From: Nitrosopumilus oxyclinae
GTDB taxonomy: Archaea > Thermoproteota > Nitrososphaeria > Nitrososphaerales > Nitrosopumilaceae
DNA length: 32,000 nucleotides
NCBI RefSeq assembly: GCF_013407165.1
Contig: NZ_CP026994.1
Location: 834,187-866,186, forward strand
Direction of reading: 5' to 3'
Below the pieces are notes generated by a model, which was not told the origin of the DNA, did not search any database, and was given only the letters and a program-made list of their open reading frames with translations. Of the stretch, positions 24,608-32,000 are shown piece after piece. Each line of letters starts with the position of its first letter. Position 1 is the stretch's first letter. The position numbers and the translations under genes are program-made.

Positions 24608-24739
24608 CTAATATTTTTTAGGTTTTTTTCCTTTTTTCTTTTTTTGTTGTTCACTCTTGTATTTTTGAATTCGTTGATTTTGTTCAGATGCCTTTTGTCC
24701 TTTCTGTTTCCTCTCAGACTTTTTCTTTTTTTCAGCCAT
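24608..24739 (-). CDS. Possible 43-aa Lys-rich micro-protein overlapping the purL stop
   Basis: ATGGCTGA places the ATG at 24739 and the purL TGA at 24734-32. It translates to MAEKKKKSERKQKGQKASEQNQRIQKYKSEQQKKKKGKKPKKY, with TAG at 24608-10. Confidence 0.3.
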   Translation of the reverse strand: MAEKKKKSERKQKGQKASEQNQRIQKYKSEQQKKKKGKKPKKY

Positions 24740-26921
24740 TATCATCAGAGAATTTTTTACCGTGCAGTACTAAATTTGGAAGTGCATGTAACCATATTTC
24801 ATGGGTCTTTTTCAAATCAAGATCAATTATTAATTTTGAATCATTAGTAAATTGAATTTTTTCACCACCAAATTCACCTATCTGTTTGAATGAAACATTA
24901 TTCTTTTTGAGAACATCTTCAATTCCTAAGAGATTTTTCTTATCAAAAGATAATAGATATCTAGAATGGCTTTCAGAAAACAAGATTCTATCAACATCTA
25001 GTTTTTCACCAGGGACTTTATCCAATGAGGTAACACAGCCAATTTGATTAGTCATGCAAATTTCAGATACTGCAACTGCTAGTCCACCTTTAGAGCAATC
25101 ATGTGCCAATTTGATGAGATTTTTATCAATAATATCAAGAACAGATTTCATGTGTTTTTTTGAATCATCAAAATTTACTACAGGACATTTCCCACCAATG
25201 AATTTGTGAACATATTCAAAGTATTCAGAACCACCAAGTTCATTTCTAGTATCGCCAATTATGATAAGACAGTCATCTTTTGAGATTTTTTGAGGAACTG
25301 ATGGTTTCTTGTCAATTAATCCAATTACCCCAATGACTGGAGTTGGCTTGATTGAGCCTTTAGGAGTCTCATTATACAGACTAACTTTGCCTCCAACACA
25401 TGGGATTTGAAAGGATTTTGCAAAATCAGTTAACCCCTTTAGTGATTCTAAGAAAGTCCAGAAAATTTCAGGATCATTAGGATTACCAAATTGAAGATGA
25501 TCAAGCATTCCAATGGGTCTTGCTCCAGTACAGACAACATTTCTACATGCTTCCTCAAAGCAACCAATTGCCCCTTCCCGAGGATTGATGTAGCATTGTT
25601 TTGGATTACCGTCAATTTTTGCAGAAAGGTATTTTCCATTATCTAATCTTAACACAGATGCATCAGTTCCAGGTTTCACTACAGTTCGAATTCCAACTTC
25701 ATGATCATATTGTCCATAAACCCAAATCTTACTTGCAATGTTGGGCGATGCAAGTAATGTTATCATAAGTTTAGAGTAATCAGAGATAGGATTGAATGTC
25801 TTTTCAGTTTCAATAGTTTTCAAATAAGCGGGTTCTTTTGATGGCAAATCAAGTAGTGTTGCATTAGCTACAAAATCAGCAGGTAAATTGGCAACTGTTT
25901 TTTCACCTTTTTTGATATGCACATTGTTATCATATTTTACATGACCAATAACTGAACAACCGATTCGAAATTTATTACAAATTTCTTCTAGTTTTTTAAA
26001 TTTTGTTTTACTTGTAACAATTAACATTCTTTCTTGAGATTCTGAAACCATGATCTCATCAGCATTCATGTCAGATTCTCTAGTGTGAACTTTGTCGACA
26101 TCCATTTCAATACCAATCTCCATAGCATCAGCAGTTTCTGAAATTGCACAAGATAAACCGCCACCGCCAAGATCTTTCATGGCATGAATTAATCCCTCAT
26201 TTCGTGCCTGCAAAACTGCTTCTATGATTAATTTCTCAATAAATGGGTCAGGGATTTGGACAGCAGAACGGTCTTCAGATTCCAAAGAATCAGATGCAAA
26301 TTGAGAACCACCAATGCCATCCCTGCCAGTAGAACCTCCCATCAAAACAACAATGTCATCTTTCTCTACGTGATTTTTGATCAAATTTTCTTTTTTACCA
26401 AAACCTAATGCAGCAACATCTACCATTGCATAATTTTCATAGCATTCATCAAACTCTACTTCTCCTCCAATAGTTGGAATACCTAAACAATTTCCATAAT
26501 CAGCAATACCAGTAACAGCATTTTTGAACAACCATCTTGCTTGCAAATCTTTTTCAATGTCACCAAATCTCAAACCATCAAAAATCGCAATAGGTCTAGT
26601 ACCAGCAGATAAAATATCTCTAATCACTCCACCGACTCCAGTGGCAGCGCCGCCGTATGGTTCAACAGCAGATGGATGGTTGTGACTTTCAATATGAGCA
26701 GTTACCACATATCCATCACCGACATCTAAAACCCCAGAATCATATCCTTTCTCATTAATTACAAGTGGTCCATCCATAGGCAACATTTTCAAATGTCGTT
26801 TAGATGACTTGTATGAACAGTGTTCAGACCACTCAGCAGCTACGATTTGTAGTTCAGTAGAGGTAGGATCTCTACCAATTTTAGATTTTAATTCAGCAAG
26901 TTCTCGTTTTTCTAAACTCAT
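24732..26921 (-). CDS. purL: Phosphoribosylformylglycinamidine (FGAM) synthase II, large subunit
   Basis: 729-aa ORF. EHCSYK, ESHNHPS and the duplicated AIR-synthase-like domains match PurL. It overlaps the purQ stop (ATGA). Confidence 0.94.
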   Translation of the reverse strand: MSLEKRELAELKSKIGRDPTSTELQIVAAEWSEHCSYKSSKRHLKMLPMDGPLVINEKGYDSGVLDVGDGYVVTAHIESHNHPSAVEPYGGAATGVGGVIRDILSAGTRPIAIFDGLRFGDIEKDLQARWLFKNAVTGIADYGNCLGIPTIGGEVEFDECYENYAMVDVAALGFGKKENLIKNHVEKDDIVVLMGGSTGRDGIGGSQFASDSLESEDRSAVQIPDPFIEKLIIEAVLQARNEGLIHAMKDLGGGGLSCAISETADAMEIGIEMDVDKVHTRESDMNADEIMVSESQERMLIVTSKTKFKKLEEICNKFRIGCSVIGHVKYDNNVHIKKGEKTVANLPADFVANATLLDLPSKEPAYLKTIETEKTFNPISDYSKLMITLLASPNIASKIWVYGQYDHEVGIRTVVKPGTDASVLRLDNGKYLSAKIDGNPKQCYINPREGAIGCFEEACRNVVCTGARPIGMLDHLQFGNPNDPEIFWTFLESLKGLTDFAKSFQIPCVGGKVSLYNETPKGSIKPTPVIGVIGLIDKKPSVPQKISKDDCLIIIGDTRNELGGSEYFEYVHKFIGGKCPVVNFDDSKKHMKSVLDIIDKNLIKLAHDCSKGGLAVAVSEICMTNQIGCVTSLDKVPGEKLDVDRILFSESHSRYLLSFDKKNLLGIEDVLKKNNVSFKQIGEFGGEKIQFTNDSKLIIDLDLKKTHEIWLHALPNLVLHGKKFSDDNG

Positions 26922-27598
26922 CTAGCAACACCCATTTTTGTCAATAGAGATTCAAAGATTAGAGAAGAAGGTCTGTTATCAATTGGATTAATGTCAGATT
27001 CAACTGCTCTTTCGGGATGAGGCATCATTCCAACCACATTATAATCCTCATTACACACGCCTGCAATTCTATCTGAGGACCCATTTACCACCTCAGAATA
27101 TCTAAAAACAATTTGATTTTTTTTCTTTAATTCTTTCATAGTATCATCATCAACATAGTATCTTCCCTCTCCATTAGCTATAGGGATTGGGATTCTCTGA
27201 TTTAGTTCAAATTTGTTTGTAAATGGTGTTTTGTTGTTTTCTACAATCAGATTAGTCCATTCGCACATAAAATTAAGAGATTCATTTTTGAGCAATACCC
27301 CTGGAAGTAATCCCGATTCTACAAGAATTTGAAATCCATTACATACACCTAAAATAGGAATTCCTTTTTCAGCCATTTTTTTCACATCTTTTATAATTGG
27401 ACTGTGAGCTGCAATTACACCTGCTCTTAATCTATCACCATAAGAAAATCCCCCTGGAAGAACTATGGCATCAATATTTTCAGGCAATCCTTTTTCATGC
27501 CAAAAATATTCTGCATTAAGATGAAACACATCAGTCAATACATGGAACATATCACGATCACAATTACTACCTGGAAAAACTACAACTCCAACTTTCAC
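26918..27598 (-). CDS. purQ: FGAM synthase I, glutamine amidotransferase subunit
   Basis: MKVGVVVFPGSNCDRD, the catalytic GVCNGFQIL motif and the MMPHPER motif match PurQ. Confidence 0.93.
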   Translation of the reverse strand: MKVGVVVFPGSNCDRDMFHVLTDVFHLNAEYFWHEKGLPENIDAIVLPGGFSYGDRLRAGVIAAHSPIIKDVKKMAEKGIPILGVCNGFQILVESGLLPGVLLKNESLNFMCEWTNLIVENNKTPFTNKFELNQRIPIPIANGEGRYYVDDDTMKELKKKNQIVFRYSEVVNGSSDRIAGVCNEDYNVVGMMPHPERAVESDINPIDNRPSSLIFESLLTKMGVAR

Positions 27599-27652
27599 AA
27601 TTCTTCAAACATTCAGAGATATTTAATTTGAATCTAGTCATAGTAGACTCTT

Positions 27653-28087
27653 ATGTATAGAAATCAGTTGATCGCCATGACTCAAGTGCGAGACATTATG
27701 GAAAAAAATGTAATCACAATAGATTACACCAAAAATGCACTTGATGCATCAAAAATTCTAAAAGAAAAAGAGATCAGTTTTCTGGTGATACTAAAAGATG
27801 GTAAACCAGAAGGAATTGTTTCAGAAGGAGATATCGTCAGAAAGGTTGCAGCAGAAGATGTCAAGTCATCACAAATTCAGATAAAAGAGATAATGTCTAA
27901 AAATTTCAAATGGGTCAATCCTGAGACAGAAGTTGAGCAGGTAATTCAAAAGATGTTAAACAATAACATCAGGTGTTTAATTGTACTCGAAGATGAAAAA
28001 TTGGTAGGAGTCATAACTCAGACAAATCTATCAGAAGTTCTCAGAAGTAAACTTTTGATTACCGCTACAGTAGATAACATAATTTAG
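27653..28087 (+). CDS. CBS domain pair protein
   Basis: Two CBS repeats are present (VRDIMEKNVITI...ISFLVIL..GKPEGIVSEGDIVRKV, and IMSKNFKWVNP...IRCLIVLEDEKLVGVITQTNL). There is no other domain. The start could instead be the internal MTQV. Confidence 0.8.
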   Translation: MYRNQLIAMTQVRDIMEKNVITIDYTKNALDASKILKEKEISFLVILKDGKPEGIVSEGDIVRKVAAEDVKSSQIQIKEIMSKNFKWVNPETEVEQVIQKMLNNNIRCLIVLEDEKLVGVITQTNLSEVLRSKLLITATVDNII

Positions 28088-28094
28088 AATAAAA

Positions 28095-28355
28095 TTAACC
28101 TTCAAAAACATCAATTGTGACAATGCTTACCATCGGATTATAAATTCTCAAATCATCACAAATTTCCTGTACTTTTGACTGTGCAGTTTTTTTGTCGTTT
28201 TCTTGGATTGTAAATTTCAACATCTTTGCTGTTTTAATTTTTGAAACTGTTTTGTGGGTCCCTTTGAGAACTAAATCATTGAGAATAGTTTCACCTTCAG
28301 GATCACTTATTCCAGGTTTATTTTCTATAGTTACATGAACTTGGAATGTTGTCAT
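28095..28355 (-). CDS. purS: FGAM synthase PurS subunit
   Basis: 86-aa ORF. VHVTIENKPGISDPEGETI is typical of PurS. Confidence 0.88.
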   Translation of the reverse strand: MTTFQVHVTIENKPGISDPEGETILNDLVLKGTHKTVSKIKTAKMLKFTIQENDKKTAQSKVQEICDDLRIYNPMVSIVTIDVFEG

Positions 28356-28494
28356 TTACAAATTGAAAAATAAAATCGTGGTTAATCTATCTTCCGAATA
28401 ATTTTGTGCTTTTATACTTATTTTGAAATACACCACAGGTAACCCGGGTTTGTGGACTTGTGTTGTTAAGATATCGCCAGCCTGAATCCGGTTA

Positions 28495-28878
28495 CTAGGA
28501 ATTCATTTTTTCCTTAACATGTTCTGTATAGATTCTGTAAAGACCGGATTGATAATGAGGATTTTCAATTATCAATAAACTATTTTTCAAATCCTCTTTT
28601 GATTGATACATATATTTTTCAAAAATTCCCCTATCATCTAGAGTTATGCAAATGTCTTGCCATGCAAAAACTTCTTGGGGATTCCTATTGGCCGTAGCAT
28701 AATACACATACAACAATCGAAGTTTGTTGTATTCATCTAGAACTAATTCTTTTCCAAGAACATATTTTCTTTTCAAAGTTTGAAAATAGATCAAACCTTC
28801 TGCAGTTAACACATAATCAAATAGTTTGGGATAATCATCAATTTTTACTGGAAATAAGGGATTTTGTGGATCTGTCAC
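28495..28878 (-). CDS. Hypothetical protein (127 aa)
   Basis: Intact ORF with an apparent GTG start. No family recognised. Confidence 0.45.
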   Translation of the reverse strand: MTDPQNPLFPVKIDDYPKLFDYVLTAEGLIYFQTLKRKYVLGKELVLDEYNKLRLLYVYYATANRNPQEVFAWQDICITLDDRGIFEKYMYQSKEDLKNSLLIIENPHYQSGLYRIYTEHVKEKMNS

Positions 28879-28973
28879 AGTGAAATTATGAGAATTTACT
28901 ATAAAAGAAGACAGAAAATCACCCAGTCACATAGAGATGGAATTTATATCAGAATAATTTACAATATTTCATA

Positions 28974-29441
28974 ATGGCAAAAGGTCGAATGAGATACTGG
29001 AAAATTACATCTGATGAGTTAGGTAGTTATGCATATGATGAAAAGAATTTGCTAAACTGGGAAATCAAATGTATTAGAGAACCAGAAGACGAGGCTCATT
29101 TTATCGGTGTTTTCATGTATAGAAATGGAACAGCGTATGATTATGAATCAGTTAAAGGAATTTGTTATTTTTACAACAACATAGACCGAAAAGAACTCCC
29201 AGAAATCACCAAATTCCTTCAAGGAAAATACAAGGGTAAAGAGATGGAGAAAGGAGATAGAATTATCCTAAAAGGTTCTGATGAAATCTATTCTGCAACA
29301 GATATTTCAAATTTAGCAAAAGAGATGGAAGCAAAATTCAATGTAAAGGCAGTCATATCATTAGAGTTTGGAGGCATTACTGCTGAAGCACTCAAAGAGG
29401 CAGGATTACCAGAGGCAAAACTATTGCCAATTCCTACATAA
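28974..29441 (+). CDS. Hypothetical protein (155 aa)
   Basis: Intact ORF divergent from 28495..28878. No family recognised. Confidence 0.5.
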   Translation: MAKGRMRYWKITSDELGSYAYDEKNLLNWEIKCIREPEDEAHFIGVFMYRNGTAYDYESVKGICYFYNNIDRKELPEITKFLQGKYKGKEMEKGDRIILKGSDEIYSATDISNLAKEMEAKFNVKAVISLEFGGITAEALKEAGLPEAKLLPIPT

Positions 29442-29470
29442 CTATTATACTTTAGAATTAAAGAAAACAA

Positions 29471-30262
29471 ATGTCCGAATTGGATGGCATCAATCAACAT
29501 CTTGAAGAATTAAGAAAACGTCTAGTTCGAATCGTATTAGTTGTAGGTGGAATTAGTGCATTTTTACTAATGTTTCATGCAGAACCATTTCAAATTAGTC
29601 AATTCACTTTGTATTATCCAATTCCAGAACCAACTCACAACATTGCAGCACAAATTACAAATCATATGAGAATTAATCTAGTGCCAGAAAATGTAGATTT
29701 GATTCAAACTGCACCAGGGCAAGCTTTCTTTGCTCAAATGTATGTTGCAGCACTAGTTGGAGTTGTTCTAAGTATGCCAATAATAATAAAAGAATTGGTA
29801 GGATTCATCAAACCAGCATTAAAAGAAAATGAAATCAATGTCAGTAGAAACATTTCATTGCCGGCATTAGGATTATTCATTGCAGGTTGTGTATTTTCTT
29901 ATAATTTTGTCATCCCATACATGTTAGATTTTTTGTATAGATATGGAGAAGGGGCAGGATTAATTACTTTTCTCAATGTAATGGAGTTTGTAACATTTGT
30001 ATTACAATTTTTGCTAGCGTTTGGTTTTTCATTTCAACTTCCTCTTGTAATGTATGCAATATCGGCATCAGGGATGGTGGATGTTGATTTTTGGAGAAAG
30101 AACATCAGATATGCAATAGTTGCCATAGTGATCTTTGGAGCAGTAATTACTCCAGATGGAACAGGGGTAACAATGATGTTTGTTGCAGGTCCCATGATTG
30201 GATTGTATGCAGCAGGCATGATCATAATTGAGCGTAGAGAGCGAAAAAAGTCTAACACTTAA
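29471..30262 (+). CDS. tatC: Twin-arginine translocase subunit TatC
   Basis: HLEELRKRL near the N-terminus, six predicted TM segments and the conserved ...TPDG... loop match TatC. tatA follows immediately. Confidence 0.88.
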   Translation: MSELDGINQHLEELRKRLVRIVLVVGGISAFLLMFHAEPFQISQFTLYYPIPEPTHNIAAQITNHMRINLVPENVDLIQTAPGQAFFAQMYVAALVGVVLSMPIIIKELVGFIKPALKENEINVSRNISLPALGLFIAGCVFSYNFVIPYMLDFLYRYGEGAGLITFLNVMEFVTFVLQFLLAFGFSFQLPLVMYAISASGMVDVDFWRKNIRYAIVAIVIFGAVITPDGTGVTMMFVAGPMIGLYAAGMIIIERRERKKSNT

Positions 30263-30288
30263 ATCTGAAATAAGGAAATATTTTGTAA

Positions 30289-30495
30289 ATGCTAGGGACC
30301 ACCGAGATCATTGTATTGGTAGTAGTTATCGGAGTATTGATTTTTGGTGCAAAGAAGATTCCAGAACTTGCAAAAACTTTTGGTAAAGCCAAAGGAGAAT
30401 TTGAGAAAGGAAAAATTGAAGCAGATAAGGATCTTAAAGAATTCAAAGAAGAGATTAACAAAAGCTCCAGTGATAAAGAAGTAAAAACAGACTAA
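30289..30495 (+). CDS. tatA: Twin-arginine translocase subunit TatA/E
   Basis: An N-terminal TM helix followed by an amphipathic helix (IIVLVVVIGVLIFGAKKIPELAKTFGKAKGEFEKG) is the canonical TatA pattern. Confidence 0.88.
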   Translation: MLGTTEIIVLVVVIGVLIFGAKKIPELAKTFGKAKGEFEKGKIEADKDLKEFKEEINKSSSDKEVKTD

Positions 30496-30920
30496 TTTTC
30501 AGCTAATTTTACAAAATCATCTAAGACCATATCATAATTTTGTTTGAAATTATTTTTTCCAAACATGACTGAAAACTTCATTTTTCCTTTAAATTTTAAA
30601 TCAACATCCACTAGGACTTTGGTTTCATTTTCAAGTTCGATAAATTCTTGTTTAATTTTACTTCCCTTTGCATCACCACCAATAATAGTCATTTCATGTA
30701 AGATTGGTTTTTGGAAAACATGTTTTGCCATAATTAACAATTCCATAGTACCCAAAATCAAATGCTCCTCAACTACAGATACGTCACCCCGCATAGAACG
30801 AATGCGGACTGATGGATAATGTTGTGGGATAATTCTTTGATAATTTTCAAAATTTGAAAAAATTTCAAATGTATTTTTTCGATTGCTGTTAACAATTTTT
30901 TCTAAAGAGAATTTGGGCAA
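30492..30920 (-). CDS. SRPBCC (START/Bet v1-like) superfamily protein
   Basis: 142-aa ORF with an apparent TTG start. Length and pattern (FEIFSNFENYQRIIP...) are consistent with polyketide cyclase / CoQ-binding-like proteins. It sits next to ubiX. Confidence 0.5.
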   Translation of the reverse strand: MPKFSLEKIVNSNRKNTFEIFSNFENYQRIIPQHYPSVRIRSMRGDVSVVEEHLILGTMELLIMAKHVFQKPILHEMTIIGGDAKGSKIKQEFIELENETKVLVDVDLKFKGKMKFSVMFGKNNFKQNYDMVLDDFVKLAEN

Positions 30921-30927
30921 TGGTAGT

Positions 30928-31485
30928 TTAGAGAGTACCCCATCGAGGGTATAAATTGTGCTCTATGTCAAATTGGTCCAAACATTTACCGACACCATGA
31001 TTCACAATGTCATCAATGGATTTGGGTTTTGTATAAAATTCAGTTACTGGAGGTAAAATAACAATACCCAATCTAGCAAGTTTTAACATATTTTCTAAAT
31101 GAATTGCAGAAAGAGGTGTTTCTCTTACCATCAAAATTAATTTTCTAGATTCTTTTATTGTGACACCAGCTGCTCTTGCCACCAAAGTATCATCATAACC
31201 ATTTGCAATTGCAGCTAATGTTTTCATGCTACAAGGAGCAACAATCATTCCATCAATTCTATGAGTGCCACTAGATACACTTGATGCCATATTTTTTTCA
31301 TCAGAGACATTTGTTGCAAGTGATTTTACATGTTCAGGAGTAAATTCAGTTTCCATGGAAATACATTTTTCACCCCATTCAGAAATTATCAAGTGAGTTT
31401 CAATGTTTAGTTTTTTTAAGGTTTCAAGCATTCTAATTCCATAGATTACACCAGTACTCCCAGTGATTCCAATTACAAGCTTCAT
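30928..31485 (-). CDS. ubiX: Flavin prenyltransferase UbiX (Pad1 family)
   Basis: MKLVIGITGSTGVIYG...APCSMKTLAAIANGY.DTLVARAA.V..KE.RKLILMVRETPL is the typical UbiX signature. Confidence 0.9.
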   Translation of the reverse strand: MKLVIGITGSTGVIYGIRMLETLKKLNIETHLIISEWGEKCISMETEFTPEHVKSLATNVSDEKNMASSVSSGTHRIDGMIVAPCSMKTLAAIANGYDDTLVARAAGVTIKESRKLILMVRETPLSAIHLENMLKLARLGIVILPPVTEFYTKPKSIDDIVNHGVGKCLDQFDIEHNLYPRWGTL

Positions 31486-31543
31486 TGATTAATCATTGAG
31501 GGTTATAGTATTTTATGTATTAGATAGAAAGAGGGAATTAACA

Positions 31544-31687
31544 CTAGATATTTGTAGAATCTAGATTTTCTGAATCAGATAATTCCTGGTTTGCCTTTCT
31601 TCGTTTAAACCACATGAATATTCCAGCAGCAAGCATTACAGGAAGAAGTAAAACCCCCAGTATTTGGAGTTCAAAATTATACAGCAT
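31544..31687 (-). CDS. Possible 47-aa single-TM micro-protein
   Basis: An ATG at 31687 gives MLYNFELQILGVLLLPVMLAAGIFMWFKRRKANQELSDSENLDSTNI, with TAG at 31544-46. It is below the track cutoff. Confidence 0.3.
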   Translation of the reverse strand: MLYNFELQILGVLLLPVMLAAGIFMWFKRRKANQELSDSENLDSTNI

Positions 31688-31782
31688 AACATCTATCAAT
31701 CATCAGTTGAAAAAAATCTATTGATCAACCGATCTGAATAATCAAAAATTAGCTATATTAGATACCAATATGCAGGCACAAT

Positions 31783-32000
31783 GTGATTAAAAGTTCTGAA
31801 ATAAAAAAAATTGTTAATGATTACACTGATGTAAAAATTGGTGTTCTTGGAAGTCACTCAGCACTGGAAATAATGGATGGTGCAAAAGATGAAGATTTTC
31901 AAACCAGAGTCTTTTGTCAAAAAGGCAGGGAAGGCCCATATCTGAGATTTGGACGCATTGCAGATGAGATTACAGTTTTAGATAAATTCAAAGATATGGC
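31783..32000 (+). CDS. purP: FAICAR synthetase PurP (5-formaminoimidazole-4-carboxamide ribonucleotide synthetase), N-terminal fragment
   Basis: From a GTG at 31783 the frame reads VIKSSEIKKIVNDYTDVKIGVLGSHSALEIMDGAKDEDFQTRVFCQKGREGPYLRF.... The GSHSAL..GAK..GF block matches archaeal PurP. The ORF runs off the window end. Confidence 0.8.
   Translation, partial: MIKSSEIKKIVNDYTDVKIGVLGSHSALEIMDGAKDEDFQTRVFCQKGREGPYLRFGRIADEITVLDKFKDM

Noticed and set aside
24575-24847. ORF 24575..24847(+), with a Phe/Leu-rich translation.
   Set aside because: It is the complement of an A-rich region and overlaps the 3' end of purL. The product is low-complexity poly-F/L and implausible as a protein.
28430-28497. 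A tRNA-like or other known RNA gene in the GC-rich patch upstream of purS.
   Set aside because: There is no cloverleaf, no T-loop (GTTCRANYC) and no acceptor-stem pairing. Only simple hairpins are present.

Overview
The window is a visibly AT-rich, gene-dense archaeal chromosome segment. Gene content and order suggest a marine ammonia-oxidising thaumarchaeon (Nitrosopumilus-like); this is an inference, and no search was run.

Layout:
- 1-9.1 kb: tail of the proteasome alpha subunit gene, a SPOUT-type RNA methyltransferase, and a tightly coupled ribosomal protein operon (L3-L4-L23-S19-L22-S3-L29-Rpp29-S17-L14-L24-S4e-L5-S14-S8-L6). L2 is absent from its canonical slot.
- 9.1-15.7 kb: tRNA-Asn(GTT) followed by a patch of small or poorly characterised genes. 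These include a zinc ribbon, small membrane proteins, a DHFR-like protein, a secreted protein, a DUF4352-like protein, a very basic Lys/Ala-repeat protein, a PPOX-family protein and an ArsR regulator. The patch also holds a roughly 950 bp ORF-poor stretch with C7/G7 runs and a 98-nt hairpin, and a family of 22-24 bp perfect palindromes at gene ends.
- 16-32 kb: dispersed purine biosynthesis genes (purC, purF, purL, purQ, purS, partial purP), tatC/tatA, an SRPBCC protein and ubiX.

The most unusual region is 17.0-22.3 kb, wedged between purC and purF. It contains hsp20, a DUF1724-type wHTH regulator, a nitroreductase with an unknown N-terminal domain, and many Cys-rich mini-proteins. Among these are three paralogous ~60-aa double-zinc-site proteins and two paralogous ~50-aa single-TM proteins. 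The conserved core of the TM pair differs only at synonymous sites.

No CRISPR array, rRNA gene, transposase or integrase was seen.
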